Positions 6,725 through 15,232 of a stretch of 21,583 nt of DNA are shown here, one piece after another. Below the pieces are notes generated by a model. That model was not told where the DNA came from. It saw only the letters and a program-made list of their open reading frames with translations, and did no database searches. Numbering within the stretch: the stretch's first letter is position 1; each line of letters begins with the position of its first letter. Made by a program: the position numbers and the translations under genes. The stretch lies in UHGV virus genome UHGV-0131581; one strand, written 5' to 3'. The DNA comes from a virus.

Positions 6725-8206
6725 ATGTTAACTATGAACGGTCAGAATCAGGGTGTTAAGACAAAACACCGGGAATGGCTGCATCACTTCAATAAATGGC
6801 AGAAGGTACGCCACGCGCTGGAAGGCGACCTTATTCGCTATCTGCGCAACGTCGGGAAGAACGAGCCGGACCAGAAATACGCAGACCAGCGCCAGGAAGA
6901 ATATGAGAACGGCGCTATCTGCTACAACTTCACGAAACGTACCCTGGCTGGGATGGTCGGCAGTGTCATGCGCAAAGACCCTGAACAGATTATTCCTACT
7001 GAAATGGAGTACCTGTTACGCAATGCCGACGGTTCTGGTGTCGGGTTGTGGCAGCACGCGCAGGATACGCTGATGGAGATTGACTCGGTAGGCCGTGGCG
7101 GGTTGCTGGTTGATGCGCCAGAGACCGCCGCGGCAACGGCAGCCGAACAGAACGCTGGATTATTAAACCCGGTCATCGCATTCTATACCGCAGAGAACAT
7201 CATCAACTGGCGACTGACACGCGTAGGTTCAGTGAACCGTGTGACTATGGTCGTGCTGCGTGAGGCATGGGAATACTCAGAACCGGGTGCGGAGTTCGAA
7301 ACCAAGTTTGGCGAGCAATACCGCGTCCTTGACCTGATTGACGGTCGTTATCGCCAGCGAATATATCGTTTCGATGCCGAAGGCGGCGCACAGGATGAAG
7401 TGATCGAAATATTCCCGGAACTCGGAGAACAGTTGCGCGGCAAAATCCCCTTCACGTTTATCGGGGCGAGCAACAACGACGCTACTATTGACGATGCGCC
7501 TTTGCTGCCGTTGGCTGAACTTAATATCGGACATTTCCGCAACAGCGCGGACAATGAGGAGTCCAGCTTCGTTGTAGGCCAACCCACTCTGTTCATCGCC
7601 CCAGGCGAGAACATGAGCATGGAACAGTGGAAAGAAGCCAACCCTCACGGCGTACGCATGGGGTCGCGCTCGGGTCACAACATCGGTTACGGCGGCAATG
7701 CGTTTCTGGTTCAGGCGGAGGAGAACAACCTCGCTAAGCAGAACATGCTGGATAAAGAGAATCAGGCAATCCAGATTGGCGCGCAGCTTATCACCCCGAC
7801 GCAGCAAATCACCGCTGAATCGGCCAGACTGCAACGCGGCGCCGACACGTCTGTTATGGCGACAATCGCTCGTAATGTAAGCATGGCGTATACAGATGCG
7901 TTGCGCTGGGTTGCTGCGATGCTTGGATTGCGTGAAGACACCGAGATTGAGTTCAAACTGAACATGGAGTTCTTCCTGCAACCGATGACCGCGCAGGACA
8001 GAGCGCAGTGGATGGCAGATATTAACGCGGGCCTGTTACCGGCCACCGCTTATTACGCGGCATTGCGCAAGGCCGGTGTAACTGACTGGACAGATGAGGA
8101 CATTCAGAATGCTATTGAGGATGTCCCTTTGCCGTTAGGTGCTGTTACTCAGGTAGCAGGAGAGATTCCGCAGGCGGCGCAGCAACAAGACGCCGCTCAG
8201 CAGTAA
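6725..8206 (+). CDS. Portal protein
   Basis: 493-aa protein directly downstream of the large terminase and upstream of the head-morphogenesis gene; AAGAGGA RBS; acidic Gln-rich C-terminus. Assigned by size and synteny, not motif. Confidence 0.7.
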   Translation: MLTMNGQNQGVKTKHREWLHHFNKWQKVRHALEGDLIRYLRNVGKNEPDQKYADQRQEEYENGAICYNFTKRTLAGMVGSVMRKDPEQIIPTEMEYLLRNADGSGVGLWQHAQDTLMEIDSVGRGGLLVDAPETAAATAAEQNAGLLNPVIAFYTAENIINWRLTRVGSVNRVTMVVLREAWEYSEPGAEFETKFGEQYRVLDLIDGRYRQRIYRFDAEGGAQDEVIEIFPELGEQLRGKIPFTFIGASNNDATIDDAPLLPLAELNIGHFRNSADNEESSFVVGQPTLFIAPGENMSMEQWKEANPHGVRMGSRSGHNIGYGGNAFLVQAEENNLAKQNMLDKENQAIQIGAQLITPTQQITAESARLQRGADTSVMATIARNVSMAYTDALRWVAAMLGLREDTEIEFKLNMEFFLQPMTAQDRAQWMADINAGLLPATAYYAALRKAGVTDWTDEDIQNAIEDVPLPLGAVTQVAGEIPQAAQQQDAAQQ

Positions 8207-8242
8207 GTATGCTTATAGCTCCGAAAGGGGCTTTCTTATAGT

Positions 8243-9319
8243 ATGCTATTAACTTTAGCGCCACAGGGTTTATCTATGAGCTTACTTACATCCCTAATCA
8301 GCCACCAGATATGGCTGCAACGCACCGCATCCGGTGAAGTGAAAGACCTTGCGCCGTTTCTTCAGGAAATGCGGGACGAAATCAAACGGCAGGTGCTGTT
8401 ATTCGGTGACGACGGGCGAAGCACCGCGCGACTAAATAAACTGTTACGCGACCTTGAAGAAGCATTAACAGGACTTACTGGTGACTGGCGGACAAAGCTG
8501 ATAGAAGACCTCAAAGAACTGGCAGCGTACGAGGCTGAGTGGAACGTAAAGACTCTGACCACTAACGTAAATGGGGAATTTGTTACGCCTACTGCCGAGC
8601 AAGTGTGGGCCGCCGCCGAGTTTCAACCTCTGGCGTTGAACGACAAGCCTGTTGACTTCACTAAGCTGATGGACGGCTGGGGTGAAACAGAAGTCGCGCG
8701 CCTTGTAACCGGCGTTAAGATGGGTTTCGTACAAGGTCAAACCACACGGCAGATTGTTAAAAGCGTAGTCGGCGCGGGCGGACTGGCCGACATCTCTGAG
8801 CGCAACGCAGCTACGGTAATACGTACTGCGCTGTCTCACGTGTCCAACGAAGCCCGTAACGAGACGTACCGCCAGAACGACGACATCATCGAGAAGTACG
8901 AGTGGGTGTCAACGCTGGACAGCCGTACCAGTACGATTTGCAGAGCCAGAGACGGAATGACATGGGAAATTGGTAAAGGGCCGATGCCTCCAGCCCATCC
9001 GAATTGTCGGTCGTGCACGGCCCCGGTAATCAGTTCAGAGTTCGACTTCCTCGATAAAGGCGCAAAACGTGCGGCTAAGGGTGCGGACGGCGGTACTCAG
9101 GTAAGCGCGGACACCACTTACTACGAGTTCCTGAAACAACAACCGGCATGGTTTATTGATGAAGCTCTCGGCCCGGTTCGCGGTAAGATTTTCCGCAACA
9201 GCGGTATATCGCCGGAAGAGTTTCGCGTAATATCTGTAGATGGTTTCGGGAATCCGCTGACACTTAAGCAGATGGCGGAACTCGATAAACGTGTTGCTGA
9301 TTATCTGAAAGGGGATTAA
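8243..9319 (+). CDS. Head morphogenesis protein (Mu F / SPP1 gp7-like minor head protein)
   Basis: ATVIRTALSHVSNEARNETYRQ ... WVSTLDSRTSTICRARDGMTW ... PPAHPNCRSCT matches the Mu-F-like domain pattern; position after portal. Start could be ATG 8243 or ATG 8276. Confidence 0.75.
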   Translation: MLLTLAPQGLSMSLLTSLISHQIWLQRTASGEVKDLAPFLQEMRDEIKRQVLLFGDDGRSTARLNKLLRDLEEALTGLTGDWRTKLIEDLKELAAYEAEWNVKTLTTNVNGEFVTPTAEQVWAAAEFQPLALNDKPVDFTKLMDGWGETEVARLVTGVKMGFVQGQTTRQIVKSVVGAGGLADISERNAATVIRTALSHVSNEARNETYRQNDDIIEKYEWVSTLDSRTSTICRARDGMTWEIGKGPMPPAHPNCRSCTAPVISSEFDFLDKGAKRAAKGADGGTQVSADTTYYEFLKQQPAWFIDEALGPVRGKIFRNSGISPEEFRVISVDGFGNPLTLKQMAELDKRVADYLKGD

Positions 9320-9780
9320 TGATGGGCTTTTTCAAAGTAACTGACGTACCGTCGCGTCGCGTAGTCCAGTACGCCCGCGTGTCTGGCTCCGGCGAGAACG
9401 TGGTGTTTATTGAAGACGAAAGTGTACTTGGCACACCGGTAGATGATATGCCGTTTGCGGATAAAACCGGTATTGCGCTACCGGCCGCGGGTATGCTTTA
9501 TGAGATTCCGTATCTGGCGGACGCTGGCGACGTGTATTTCTCTGCGCAACCGCAGGACGCTGAACTGGTAGACGGAAGCGCGGTAATCACGGTTGAAGTT
9601 AAGGCGGGTAAAGCACCGTATGCTCTGACCTGGTACAAAGACGGAAAGGAAGTGGTTAATGCGCCAGAAGAGGCTTTGTCTCTGACGGTTAATGCGGTAG
9701 GTGAATACTTCGTGAAAGTTACTGATGCCGGTGGTGTAGAGGCCGTGAGTAAAGCGGCGAATGTCACTAAGCCAGAATAA
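9319..9780 (+). CDS. Structural protein with C-terminal Ig-like domain
   Basis: YALTWYKDGKEVVN ... GEYFVKVTDAGG resembles an I-set/Big-type Ig fold; ATGA-coupled to the head morphogenesis gene. Confidence 0.5.
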   Translation: MMGFFKVTDVPSRRVVQYARVSGSGENVVFIEDESVLGTPVDDMPFADKTGIALPAAGMLYEIPYLADAGDVYFSAQPQDAELVDGSAVITVEVKAGKAPYALTWYKDGKEVVNAPEEALSLTVNAVGEYFVKVTDAGGVEAVSKAANVTKPE

Positions 9781-9784
9781 TGCG

Positions 9785-9805
9785 AAGCCCCGGAAGGGGC
9801 TTTTT
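9785..9805 (+). terminator. Rho-independent terminator
   Basis: AAGCCCC-GGAA-GGGGCTT followed by TTT. Confidence 0.75.
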
Positions 9806-9842
9806 AGTGCCTGTGATTATTCCAGTTATTCCTCTCAATTGT

Positions 9843-9900
9843 AAATGTTGGAATAAACTATTCGAATAGTTGACTTTTCACTAAAAATGTGCTAAGCTCC
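9843..9900 (+). promoter_or_regulatory. Promoter region with conserved upstream motifs (ATGTTGGAATAA and GAATAGTTGAC) and TTGACT -35-like element
   Basis: TTGACT at 9871-9876; the two motifs recur at 10611-10640 upstream of the scaffold gene. Confidence 0.45.
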
Positions 9901-10078
9901 ACCTGAGCTTGTGAAGTATGAACAAGCGACCGCGGCGCGGGCAGGTAACGGAGCGGGACGTAAGTCCTGAGTGTAGTTACGCTGACGCGTTCGGAAGGGC
10001 CATACTCTATTGCTTGTGTAAAAAGTAACTGGTTTACTGAGATTACGCCGTTTCTATGTTTAAATGATAAGGACTAGC

Positions 10079-10108
10079 GCCCCGCTTTAAGGCGGGGCTT
10101 TACTTATC
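10079..10108 (+). terminator. Terminator- or attenuator-like hairpin upstream of the spanin genes
   Basis: GCCCCGC (10079-10085), 6-nt loop, GCGGGGC (10092-10098), then TTTACTTAT. Confidence 0.4.
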
Positions 10109-10122
10109 GAGAAAGGAGAAAC

Positions 10123-10509
10123 ATGAATCTTAAAGCAACTGTCGTAGCGGGAGCATGTTTCATCATCCTGTTATATGCGCACGGCTACTATCAATACCGC
10201 ATCGGCTGGAACGAAGGCCGGGCGAATCTCGTTTCGCAGCAACAACAGAAAGCGCAGGCTGAGTTAGCAAAGAAAACACAACGGCAGCAGCAGGACGAAT
10301 CGAAGGCCGCAGCCGCTGATAACGAAGGCAAGACGAAATCAGAGGTGATTACCCGTGAAGTCGTTAAGTACATTAAAACGCCTGGTCGCAGCGTGTGCAC
10401 TTTTGACCCTGAGCGCGTGCAGCTCAAGTCCCGAGCCGTCGCGAATGCCAATTCCATCCCCGGATACGACGATGATGCAGTCGCCGTGCAAACTGGCCCC
10501 GCCAAGTAG
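10123..10509 (+). CDS. i-spanin (Rz-like inner-membrane spanin subunit)
   Basis: N-terminal TM helix (VVAGACFIILLYAHGYY), Gln/Ala/Lys-rich coiled-coil region, AAGGAG RBS, and a lipoprotein gene in its +1 frame. Confidence 0.65.
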   Translation: MNLKATVVAGACFIILLYAHGYYQYRIGWNEGRANLVSQQQQKAQAELAKKTQRQQQDESKAAAADNEGKTKSEVITREVVKYIKTPGRSVCTFDPERVQLKSRAVANANSIPGYDDDAVAVQTGPAK

Positions 10510-10618
10510 CGACGCCGATGAGGATTTGGCTATCGACGTTCAGAACGCAGAATGCGTACGGCAACTGAGGCTGAAAGTGTTCATGTTGCAGGATTACGTG
10601 AGGAATATTCTGGAATAG
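10355..10618 (+). CDS. o-spanin (Rz1-like outer-membrane lipoprotein), overlapping the i-spanin gene in the +1 frame
   Basis: MKSLSTLKRLVAACALLTLSAC: signal peptide with lipobox L-S-A-C, followed by a Pro-rich mature region (SSSPEPSRMPIPSPD); extends past the Rz stop (overlapped architecture). Confidence 0.65.
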   Translation: MKSLSTLKRLVAACALLTLSACSSSPEPSRMPIPSPDTTMMQSPCKLAPPSSDADEDLAIDVQNAECVRQLRLKVFMLQDYVRNILE

Positions 10619-10674
10619 TTGCCTTGCATGTTGGAATAATTTATTCTTGACATGTAAATCCGGGTGGCCCGGAT
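10611..10674 (+). promoter_or_regulatory. Second copy of the conserved motif pair plus TTGACA and an 8-bp hairpin, upstream of the scaffold gene
   Basis: GAATAGTTGCC (10613-10623) and ATGTTGGAATAA (10629-10640); TTGACA 10647-10652; AATCCGGG-TGG-CCCGGATT at 10656-10674. Confidence 0.45.
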
Positions 10675-10700
10675 TCCAACGTCCAGGGGACATACTGACT

Positions 10701-11402
10701 ATGAATCGTTTTTTACGTTATCCGTTCCAGGAAGAAGCTGGGGTAGAAGATAAAGCTGGTGGCGGTGACGCGCCGAAAATGTTCACCGCTGAAGAAGTTC
10801 AGGTGCTGATTGAGAAAGAAGTTGCCGGGCTTAAGGCCAATCAGGAAGCATTGCTGGCGGAGAAGAAAGAAGCCGCTCGCAAAGCAAAAGAAGCCGAAGA
10901 AGAACGGCAGCGCGCGCATCAGGAGGCGTTAAAAGCCGCTGGTAAGATGGACGAGTTCGAAAAAACGATTCGTAGCCAGTATGACCCGGTGCTAGCCGAG
11001 AAAGATGGTCGCATCTCCAGAATGGCGGAGCGCATCCTCGGCAGCGAACGTAAAGCGGTGCTAGGCTCTTTCGCGGGCGACTTTATTACCCCGGAAGCGG
11101 TGGACATTCTTGCACCGTTCGTTAGGACTGAGTTTGAAGGCGATGATGTGGTTACTAAGTTTGTTGGTGCAGACGGTAACGTAATCACGACTGACCCTGA
11201 ACAGTTCCGCAAATACCTGCGCGAACACAAAGCGTTTTCGCATTTGATTAAAGCAAATGCAGCTTCCGGCGGCGGGGCTTCCGGTGGCAAAGGCGGCGGG
11301 GCCGCACCAGCGTTTAAAGACATGAGTGAATCGGAGCGTTTGGCTCTGTATAAATCGAACCCTGCCGAATTTGAACGGCAACTTAAAGCCCTGAGGAAAT
11401 AA
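10701..11402 (+). CDS. Scaffolding protein (putative)
   Basis: Acidic, Ala/Glu/Lys-rich coiled-coil protein directly upstream of the major capsid gene; ATG 10701 preferred over the track's TTG 10647. Confidence 0.55.
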   Translation: MNRFLRYPFQEEAGVEDKAGGGDAPKMFTAEEVQVLIEKEVAGLKANQEALLAEKKEAARKAKEAEEERQRAHQEALKAAGKMDEFEKTIRSQYDPVLAEKDGRISRMAERILGSERKAVLGSFAGDFITPEAVDILAPFVRTEFEGDDVVTKFVGADGNVITTDPEQFRKYLREHKAFSHLIKANAASGGGASGGKGGGAAPAFKDMSESERLALYKSNPAEFERQLKALRK

Positions 11403-11404
11403 TA

Positions 11405-12454
11405 ATGGCAATTACCACTATCGGCGATATCGTAACTGGCAACATCCCGGTCCTTGCGTCTTATATGACAGAGGACCCGGTAGAAAAAACCGCGTTCTTC
11501 CAGTCTGGTATTCTTACCCCGACTCCATACGCTGCCGAGATTGCCCGAGGCCCGTCCAACGTCGCTAATATTCCTTTCTGGAAAGCGATTGACACCTCTA
11601 TCGAGCCTAACTACTCGAACGACGTATACCAGGACATCGCTACCCCGCGTAATGTGCAGACCGGTGAGATGATGGCGCGCGTTGCGTACCTGAACGAAGG
11701 CTTTGGCCAGGCAGACCTGACGGTTGAACTGACCAGCGAGAATCCGCTGCAATCCGTGGCTTCTCGTCTTGATAACTTCTGGCAGCGCCAGGCACAACGT
11801 CGTCTTATTGCTACCGCGCTCGGTCTGTACAACGACAACGTAGCCGCTACCGATGCTTACCACGAGCAGAACGACATGGTTATCGACGTGTCTGCTACTC
11901 TGGGCTTTGACGCAGGCGCATTCATCGACGCTACCCAGACTATGGGTGATGCGCTGATGGACAACGGCGGTGAAGTGCTGGGCGCTATTGCGATGCACAG
12001 CTTCGTTTATGCTCAGGCGCGTAAGCAGCAGCTTATCGACTTCATCAAAGACGCCGACAACGACACCCTGTTCGCCACCTACCAGGGTTACCGTGTGATT
12101 GTTGATGACAGCATGACCGTGGTCGGAACTGGCCCGAGCCGCAAGTTCATCTCTATCATCTTCGGCAACGGTGCTATCGGTTACGGTGAAGGCAATCCGT
12201 CTAACCCGCTGGAATACGAGCGTGAAGCGTCTCGTGGTAACGGTGGTGGCGTTGAAACCCTGTGGACCCGCAAGACTTGGTTGCTGCATCCTCTGGGCTA
12301 CAGCTTCACCAGCGCGGTAATCACCGGTAACGGCACCGAGACTACCCCACGCTCTGCCTCCTGGCAGGACCTGGCGAACGCCTCCAACTGGAACCGCGTG
12401 GTTGACCGTAAGCACGTACCGATTGCCTTCCTGGTAACTGGTGTAGGTGCTTAA
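11405..12454 (+). CDS. Major capsid protein
   Basis: 349-aa protein immediately after the scaffold gene and followed by a strong terminator, the usual high-expression capsid arrangement. Assigned by synteny. Confidence 0.7.
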   Translation: MAITTIGDIVTGNIPVLASYMTEDPVEKTAFFQSGILTPTPYAAEIARGPSNVANIPFWKAIDTSIEPNYSNDVYQDIATPRNVQTGEMMARVAYLNEGFGQADLTVELTSENPLQSVASRLDNFWQRQAQRRLIATALGLYNDNVAATDAYHEQNDMVIDVSATLGFDAGAFIDATQTMGDALMDNGGEVLGAIAMHSFVYAQARKQQLIDFIKDADNDTLFATYQGYRVIVDDSMTVVGTGPSRKFISIIFGNGAIGYGEGNPSNPLEYEREASRGNGGGVETLWTRKTWLLHPLGYSFTSAVITGNGTETTPRSASWQDLANASNWNRVVDRKHVPIAFLVTGVGA

Positions 12455-12470
12455 GGTTAAGTTATAATCG

Positions 12471-12494
12471 AGAGGGACTTCGGTCCCTCTTTTC
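12471..12494 (+). terminator. Rho-independent terminator after the major capsid gene
   Basis: AGAGGGAC (12471-12478), loop TTCG, GTCCCTCT (12483-12490), then TTTC. Confidence 0.75.
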
Positions 12495-12513
12495 ATTTAC
12501 TAAGAGGTAAATT

Positions 12514-12768
12514 ATGGCTAAGACCGGAAAGGGCTTACCGCGCAGCCTTGAGAACACCGATTTCAGCAGTGTTGTGCCAGAAGCAACGGCAGAAACCGCT
12601 GGGCTGGTTAAGAAAGGCGCCGCGGTAACTGACATCGGCTCGCAAACTGTTACTGGTGAAGAGGCCGCCGCAGTTGCTACGTCCGCGCAGACTGCGGTTA
12701 ACGCCGTAGGTACTAAACTAAACGCACTTCTGGCGCAACTCCGCGCCGCCGGTGTAATCGAATCATAA
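12514..12768 (+). CDS. Small Ala-rich hypothetical head-associated protein (84 aa)
   Basis: AAGAGG RBS; located between the capsid gene and an Ig-like protein gene. Confidence 0.4.
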   Translation: MAKTGKGLPRSLENTDFSSVVPEATAETAGLVKKGAAVTDIGSQTVTGEEAAAVATSAQTAVNAVGTKLNALLAQLRAAGVIES

Positions 12769-12778
12769 GGGGATTAAA

Positions 12779-13132
12779 ATGGTTGATGTAATCAAACGTC
12801 GTATTACCGGTGTTTCTGACGACTCTCCCGCCGACGGCCAGGTTGAAATCGACATGGCAAATATCGCGCCAGCATCTTTTTCTACCGCGCTTGCTGCTAC
12901 TACCGCTGTTACTGCACCTAACGCGTTAACCCTTACCGTTGTGGCGACCGGTGGGCTGGCGCCTTATTCCTATCAGTGGTTCAAGGATAACAACGCCATC
13001 TCAGGCGCTACAGCGGCTACGTACACCAAAGCCACCACTGTTGCATCTACCGATTCTGGTACGTATAAAGTGGTTGTTCACGATGTGTATGGTAATATTA
13101 TCTCCAGTAGCTCCGTAGTAACTGTATCTTAA
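12779..13132 (+). CDS. Ig-like domain protein (possible capsid decoration)
   Basis: YSYQWFKDNNAISGATAATYTKATTVASTDSGTYKVVVHDVYGN is an Ig-like (I-set/Big-type) pattern; AAGGGGA RBS. Confidence 0.5.
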   Translation: MVDVIKRRITGVSDDSPADGQVEIDMANIAPASFSTALAATTAVTAPNALTLTVVATGGLAPYSYQWFKDNNAISGATAATYTKATTVASTDSGTYKVVVHDVYGNIISSSSVVTVS

Positions 13133-13168
13133 TGCAACGGCCCTTCGGGGCCGTAATAAGGAAAGGTC

Positions 13169-13348
13169 ATGGCAGATAATTACGTAATCCGCGAAAAGTA
13201 CACCCACGTTGATGTTGTCGACGGTCAGGTGATGCCGGTTCGCGGTGTTGTAGAAGCGGGTGAACTGGTTGCGACCCAACCGGACAGCGAAGAAGCGCAC
13301 AACAACGGCGGTGGTGTTAAGCGTCGTCGCCGTAAGTCAGAGGAATAA
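13169..13348 (+). CDS. Small hypothetical protein (59 aa)
   Basis: ATG 13169 preceded by AAGGAAAGG; translates MADNYVIREKYTHVDVVDGQVMPVRGVVEAGELVATQPDSEEAHNNGGGVKRRRRKSEE; below the ORF-track cutoff. Confidence 0.4.
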   Translation: MADNYVIREKYTHVDVVDGQVMPVRGVVEAGELVATQPDSEEAHNNGGGVKRRRRKSEE

Positions 13349-13351
13349 TTT

Positions 13352-13864
13352 ATGCCGCTAATCGTGGAAGATGGGTCAATAGTACCTGGCGCTGACAGTT
13401 ACGTTAGTCTGGCTGACGCCCGCGCGTTAGCGGCTAATTATGGTCTTGAGCTGCCGGAAGACGATACCGCGGCAGGGGTGGCCTTGCGCAACGGCGCTAC
13501 TTATGTCGGGCTTGCAGAACCGCAGATGTGCGGTCGTCGTGTATCCGCAGAGCAGTCTCTTGCGTACCCGCGAACCGGCGTAACGCTAAATGGGTTCCCT
13601 GTAGCAAACAATGTCATTCCGAAGCAGATAATTCTTGCGCAGGTAATCGCCGCCGTTACATATGGCGCAGGCACCGAAGTGCGCGCCAACTCAGACGGTC
13701 GTTCCGTGCAGACGGAGCGTGTAGAGGGTGCAGTAACGGTGACATACTTCAACAACGGCAACAGTGGTGCTACGACCTCGATCACCGCTGCGGACGACGC
13801 TTTACGCCCGCTACTGTGTGGCGGACTTAACAATGGCTTCTCATTTAACGTGTACCGGGGTTAA
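13352..13864 (+). CDS. Putative head-tail connector/adaptor protein
   Basis: 170-aa protein between head and tail genes; AGAGGAA RBS. Function inferred from position only. Confidence 0.35.
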   Translation: MPLIVEDGSIVPGADSYVSLADARALAANYGLELPEDDTAAGVALRNGATYVGLAEPQMCGRRVSAEQSLAYPRTGVTLNGFPVANNVIPKQIILAQVIAAVTYGAGTEVRANSDGRSVQTERVEGAVTVTYFNNGNSGATTSITAADDALRPLLCGGLNNGFSFNVYRG

Positions 13865-13866
13865 AA

Positions 13867-14484
13867 ATGGCGAAGACTAAGACAGAGATGTTTACCCTTA
13901 TAGGTGCTAACCTTCCTGATAACACCACCGGACTTATTACCCCCGCCGCATTGCGTGAAGTAATGACACAGATGGCGGACTCGCCTATTTACGCCACTCC
14001 TGGGGTGAAAGAGGTTGAAGTTCTCCGCGCCGCGTCGACCGTGGTACAAGCGCCTACCGCAGTAGATACAGCATTGCAGTTAACTTTCGGCTCTGCTCAG
14101 GGTAGCGCATCTGACCCGGTAATGATTAATGCCGCCGGGCTGGTTACGTTCAACACCGCGGGTAACTACGCCGTTCGCATCAAGTTACAGGCTGGGCGCA
14201 CGGGTGCTAGCGGCACGTCTATCCTGTTATCGCGTATTCTTCTGAACGGCGCTCAGTACGGCTCGCCAGCAGCTACTAAACTGGTAAGTGCCGACACCAC
14301 AATCCCGATTGAGTCCCGCGTTGTTATTAACCCAACCGCGGGCCAGACGTTTGCCGTTCAGATTATGCGGGATAGTGCTGGAACTAACTTCGGCGGCGTA
14401 TACCCGCAAGCGGCTACGGTAACCGCATGGGGTACCGCCCCGTCAGCACTACTGGTTATTTCGAGACTGGAGGCCGCCGGATGA
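13867..14484 (+). CDS. Hypothetical structural protein (205 aa)
   Basis: Tightly packed in the head-tail joining block; stop overlaps the next start (ATGA). Confidence 0.4.
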   Translation: MAKTKTEMFTLIGANLPDNTTGLITPAALREVMTQMADSPIYATPGVKEVEVLRAASTVVQAPTAVDTALQLTFGSAQGSASDPVMINAAGLVTFNTAGNYAVRIKLQAGRTGASGTSILLSRILLNGAQYGSPAATKLVSADTTIPIESRVVINPTAGQTFAVQIMRDSAGTNFGGVYPQAATVTAWGTAPSALLVISRLEAAG

Positions 14485-14840
14485 GCACCACTTTCAGTAA
14501 ACGTATGCAAGGCGTTGGTACGCGCCTGCTAACCAAATTTGGTAGCACGGTATCTCTGATTCGCGCTGGCTCGAAAGTGTGGGATGAAGTTCTTGGTGAG
14601 TACGTCTGGTCTGCTAATGAAGTGTTGCCGTTGAAGGCGGTTCCGGTTCCGGTAAACGCGGGGCTGATAAACGGTACGACGATTCGGGCGGGCGACATGA
14701 TTGTTAAAGCCGATTGCAGTGTCGTTCCTAAGATGGAAGACAAGGTGCAATTCGGCGGCGAGCAATGGTCTGTCGTAGCTATTGAGAAGAAGATGGTTAA
14801 CGACGACGCCGTGACCTACTTTATTCAGGTGAGAAAATGA
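14481..14840 (+). CDS. Putative head-tail joining protein (120 aa)
   Basis: ATG 14481 with GGAGG RBS; the track's 14427 start is treated as an over-extension; ATGA coupling on both sides. Confidence 0.4.
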   Translation: MSTTFSKRMQGVGTRLLTKFGSTVSLIRAGSKVWDEVLGEYVWSANEVLPLKAVPVPVNAGLINGTTIRAGDMIVKADCSVVPKMEDKVQFGGEQWSVVAIEKKMVNDDAVTYFIQVRK

Positions 14841-15232
14841 GTTTCGCGCTTGATGTCTCTAAGTTCGTGGAAAAGGCGAAGAAGAATCCCGAGAAGGTTA
14901 TGCGCCAGGTGTCTATCAAGCTGTTTTCCGCTATCATAAAGGCGACGCCAGTTGATACTGGTCGTGCGAGAAATAACTGGTTTGCGTCAGGCAGTACCCC
15001 GTCGCAGGAAACTACGACCTACGGCGCACCGCAAGGGACGGCTACTATACAGCGTGTTACTGCGGTTATAAACACCGCTACAGACTGGGGCGAGTTCACA
15101 CTTACCAATAACCTGCCGTATATACAGCGGCTTGAGTATGGCTGGTCGCAACAGGCCCCACAAGGTATGGTAAGGACTAATATATCGCGTTTCCAGCAAC
15201 TCATTAACGAAGAAGCCAACAAGGTGAAATGA
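14837..15232 (+). CDS. Putative neck/tail-completion protein (HK97 gp10-like by position)
   Basis: 131-aa protein in the conserved slot before the tail terminator and major tail genes; ATGA coupling. Confidence 0.35.
   Translation: MSFALDVSKFVEKAKKNPEKVMRQVSIKLFSAIIKATPVDTGRARNNWFASGSTPSQETTTYGAPQGTATIQRVTAVINTATDWGEFTLTNNLPYIQRLEYGWSQQAPQGMVRTNISRFQQLINEEANKVK

Noticed and set aside
7277-7981. 234-aa minus-strand ORF
   Set aside because: Antisense to the portal gene, with no RBS or promoter context.
9918-10028. 36-codon Arg-rich ORF in the leader upstream of the spanins
   Set aside because: No Shine-Dalgarno and composition typical of a GC-rich noncoding frame; region kept as a candidate RNA or leader instead.
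10647-10700. TTG-initiated N-terminal extension of the scaffold ORF (track start 10647)
   Set aside because: The extension overlaps the TTGACA element and an 8-bp hairpin; the in-frame ATG at 10701 with an upstream AGGGGA is the more plausible start. Similar over-extensions were trimmed at 1397, 1959, 2311, 4565, 4881 and 14427.
10919-12496. 525-aa minus-strand ORF, the longest in the track
   Set aside because: Lies antisense to the scaffold and major capsid genes, which have RBSs, coupling and a terminator. Its translation is low-complexity Arg/Ser/Val-rich, as expected for a spurious frame.
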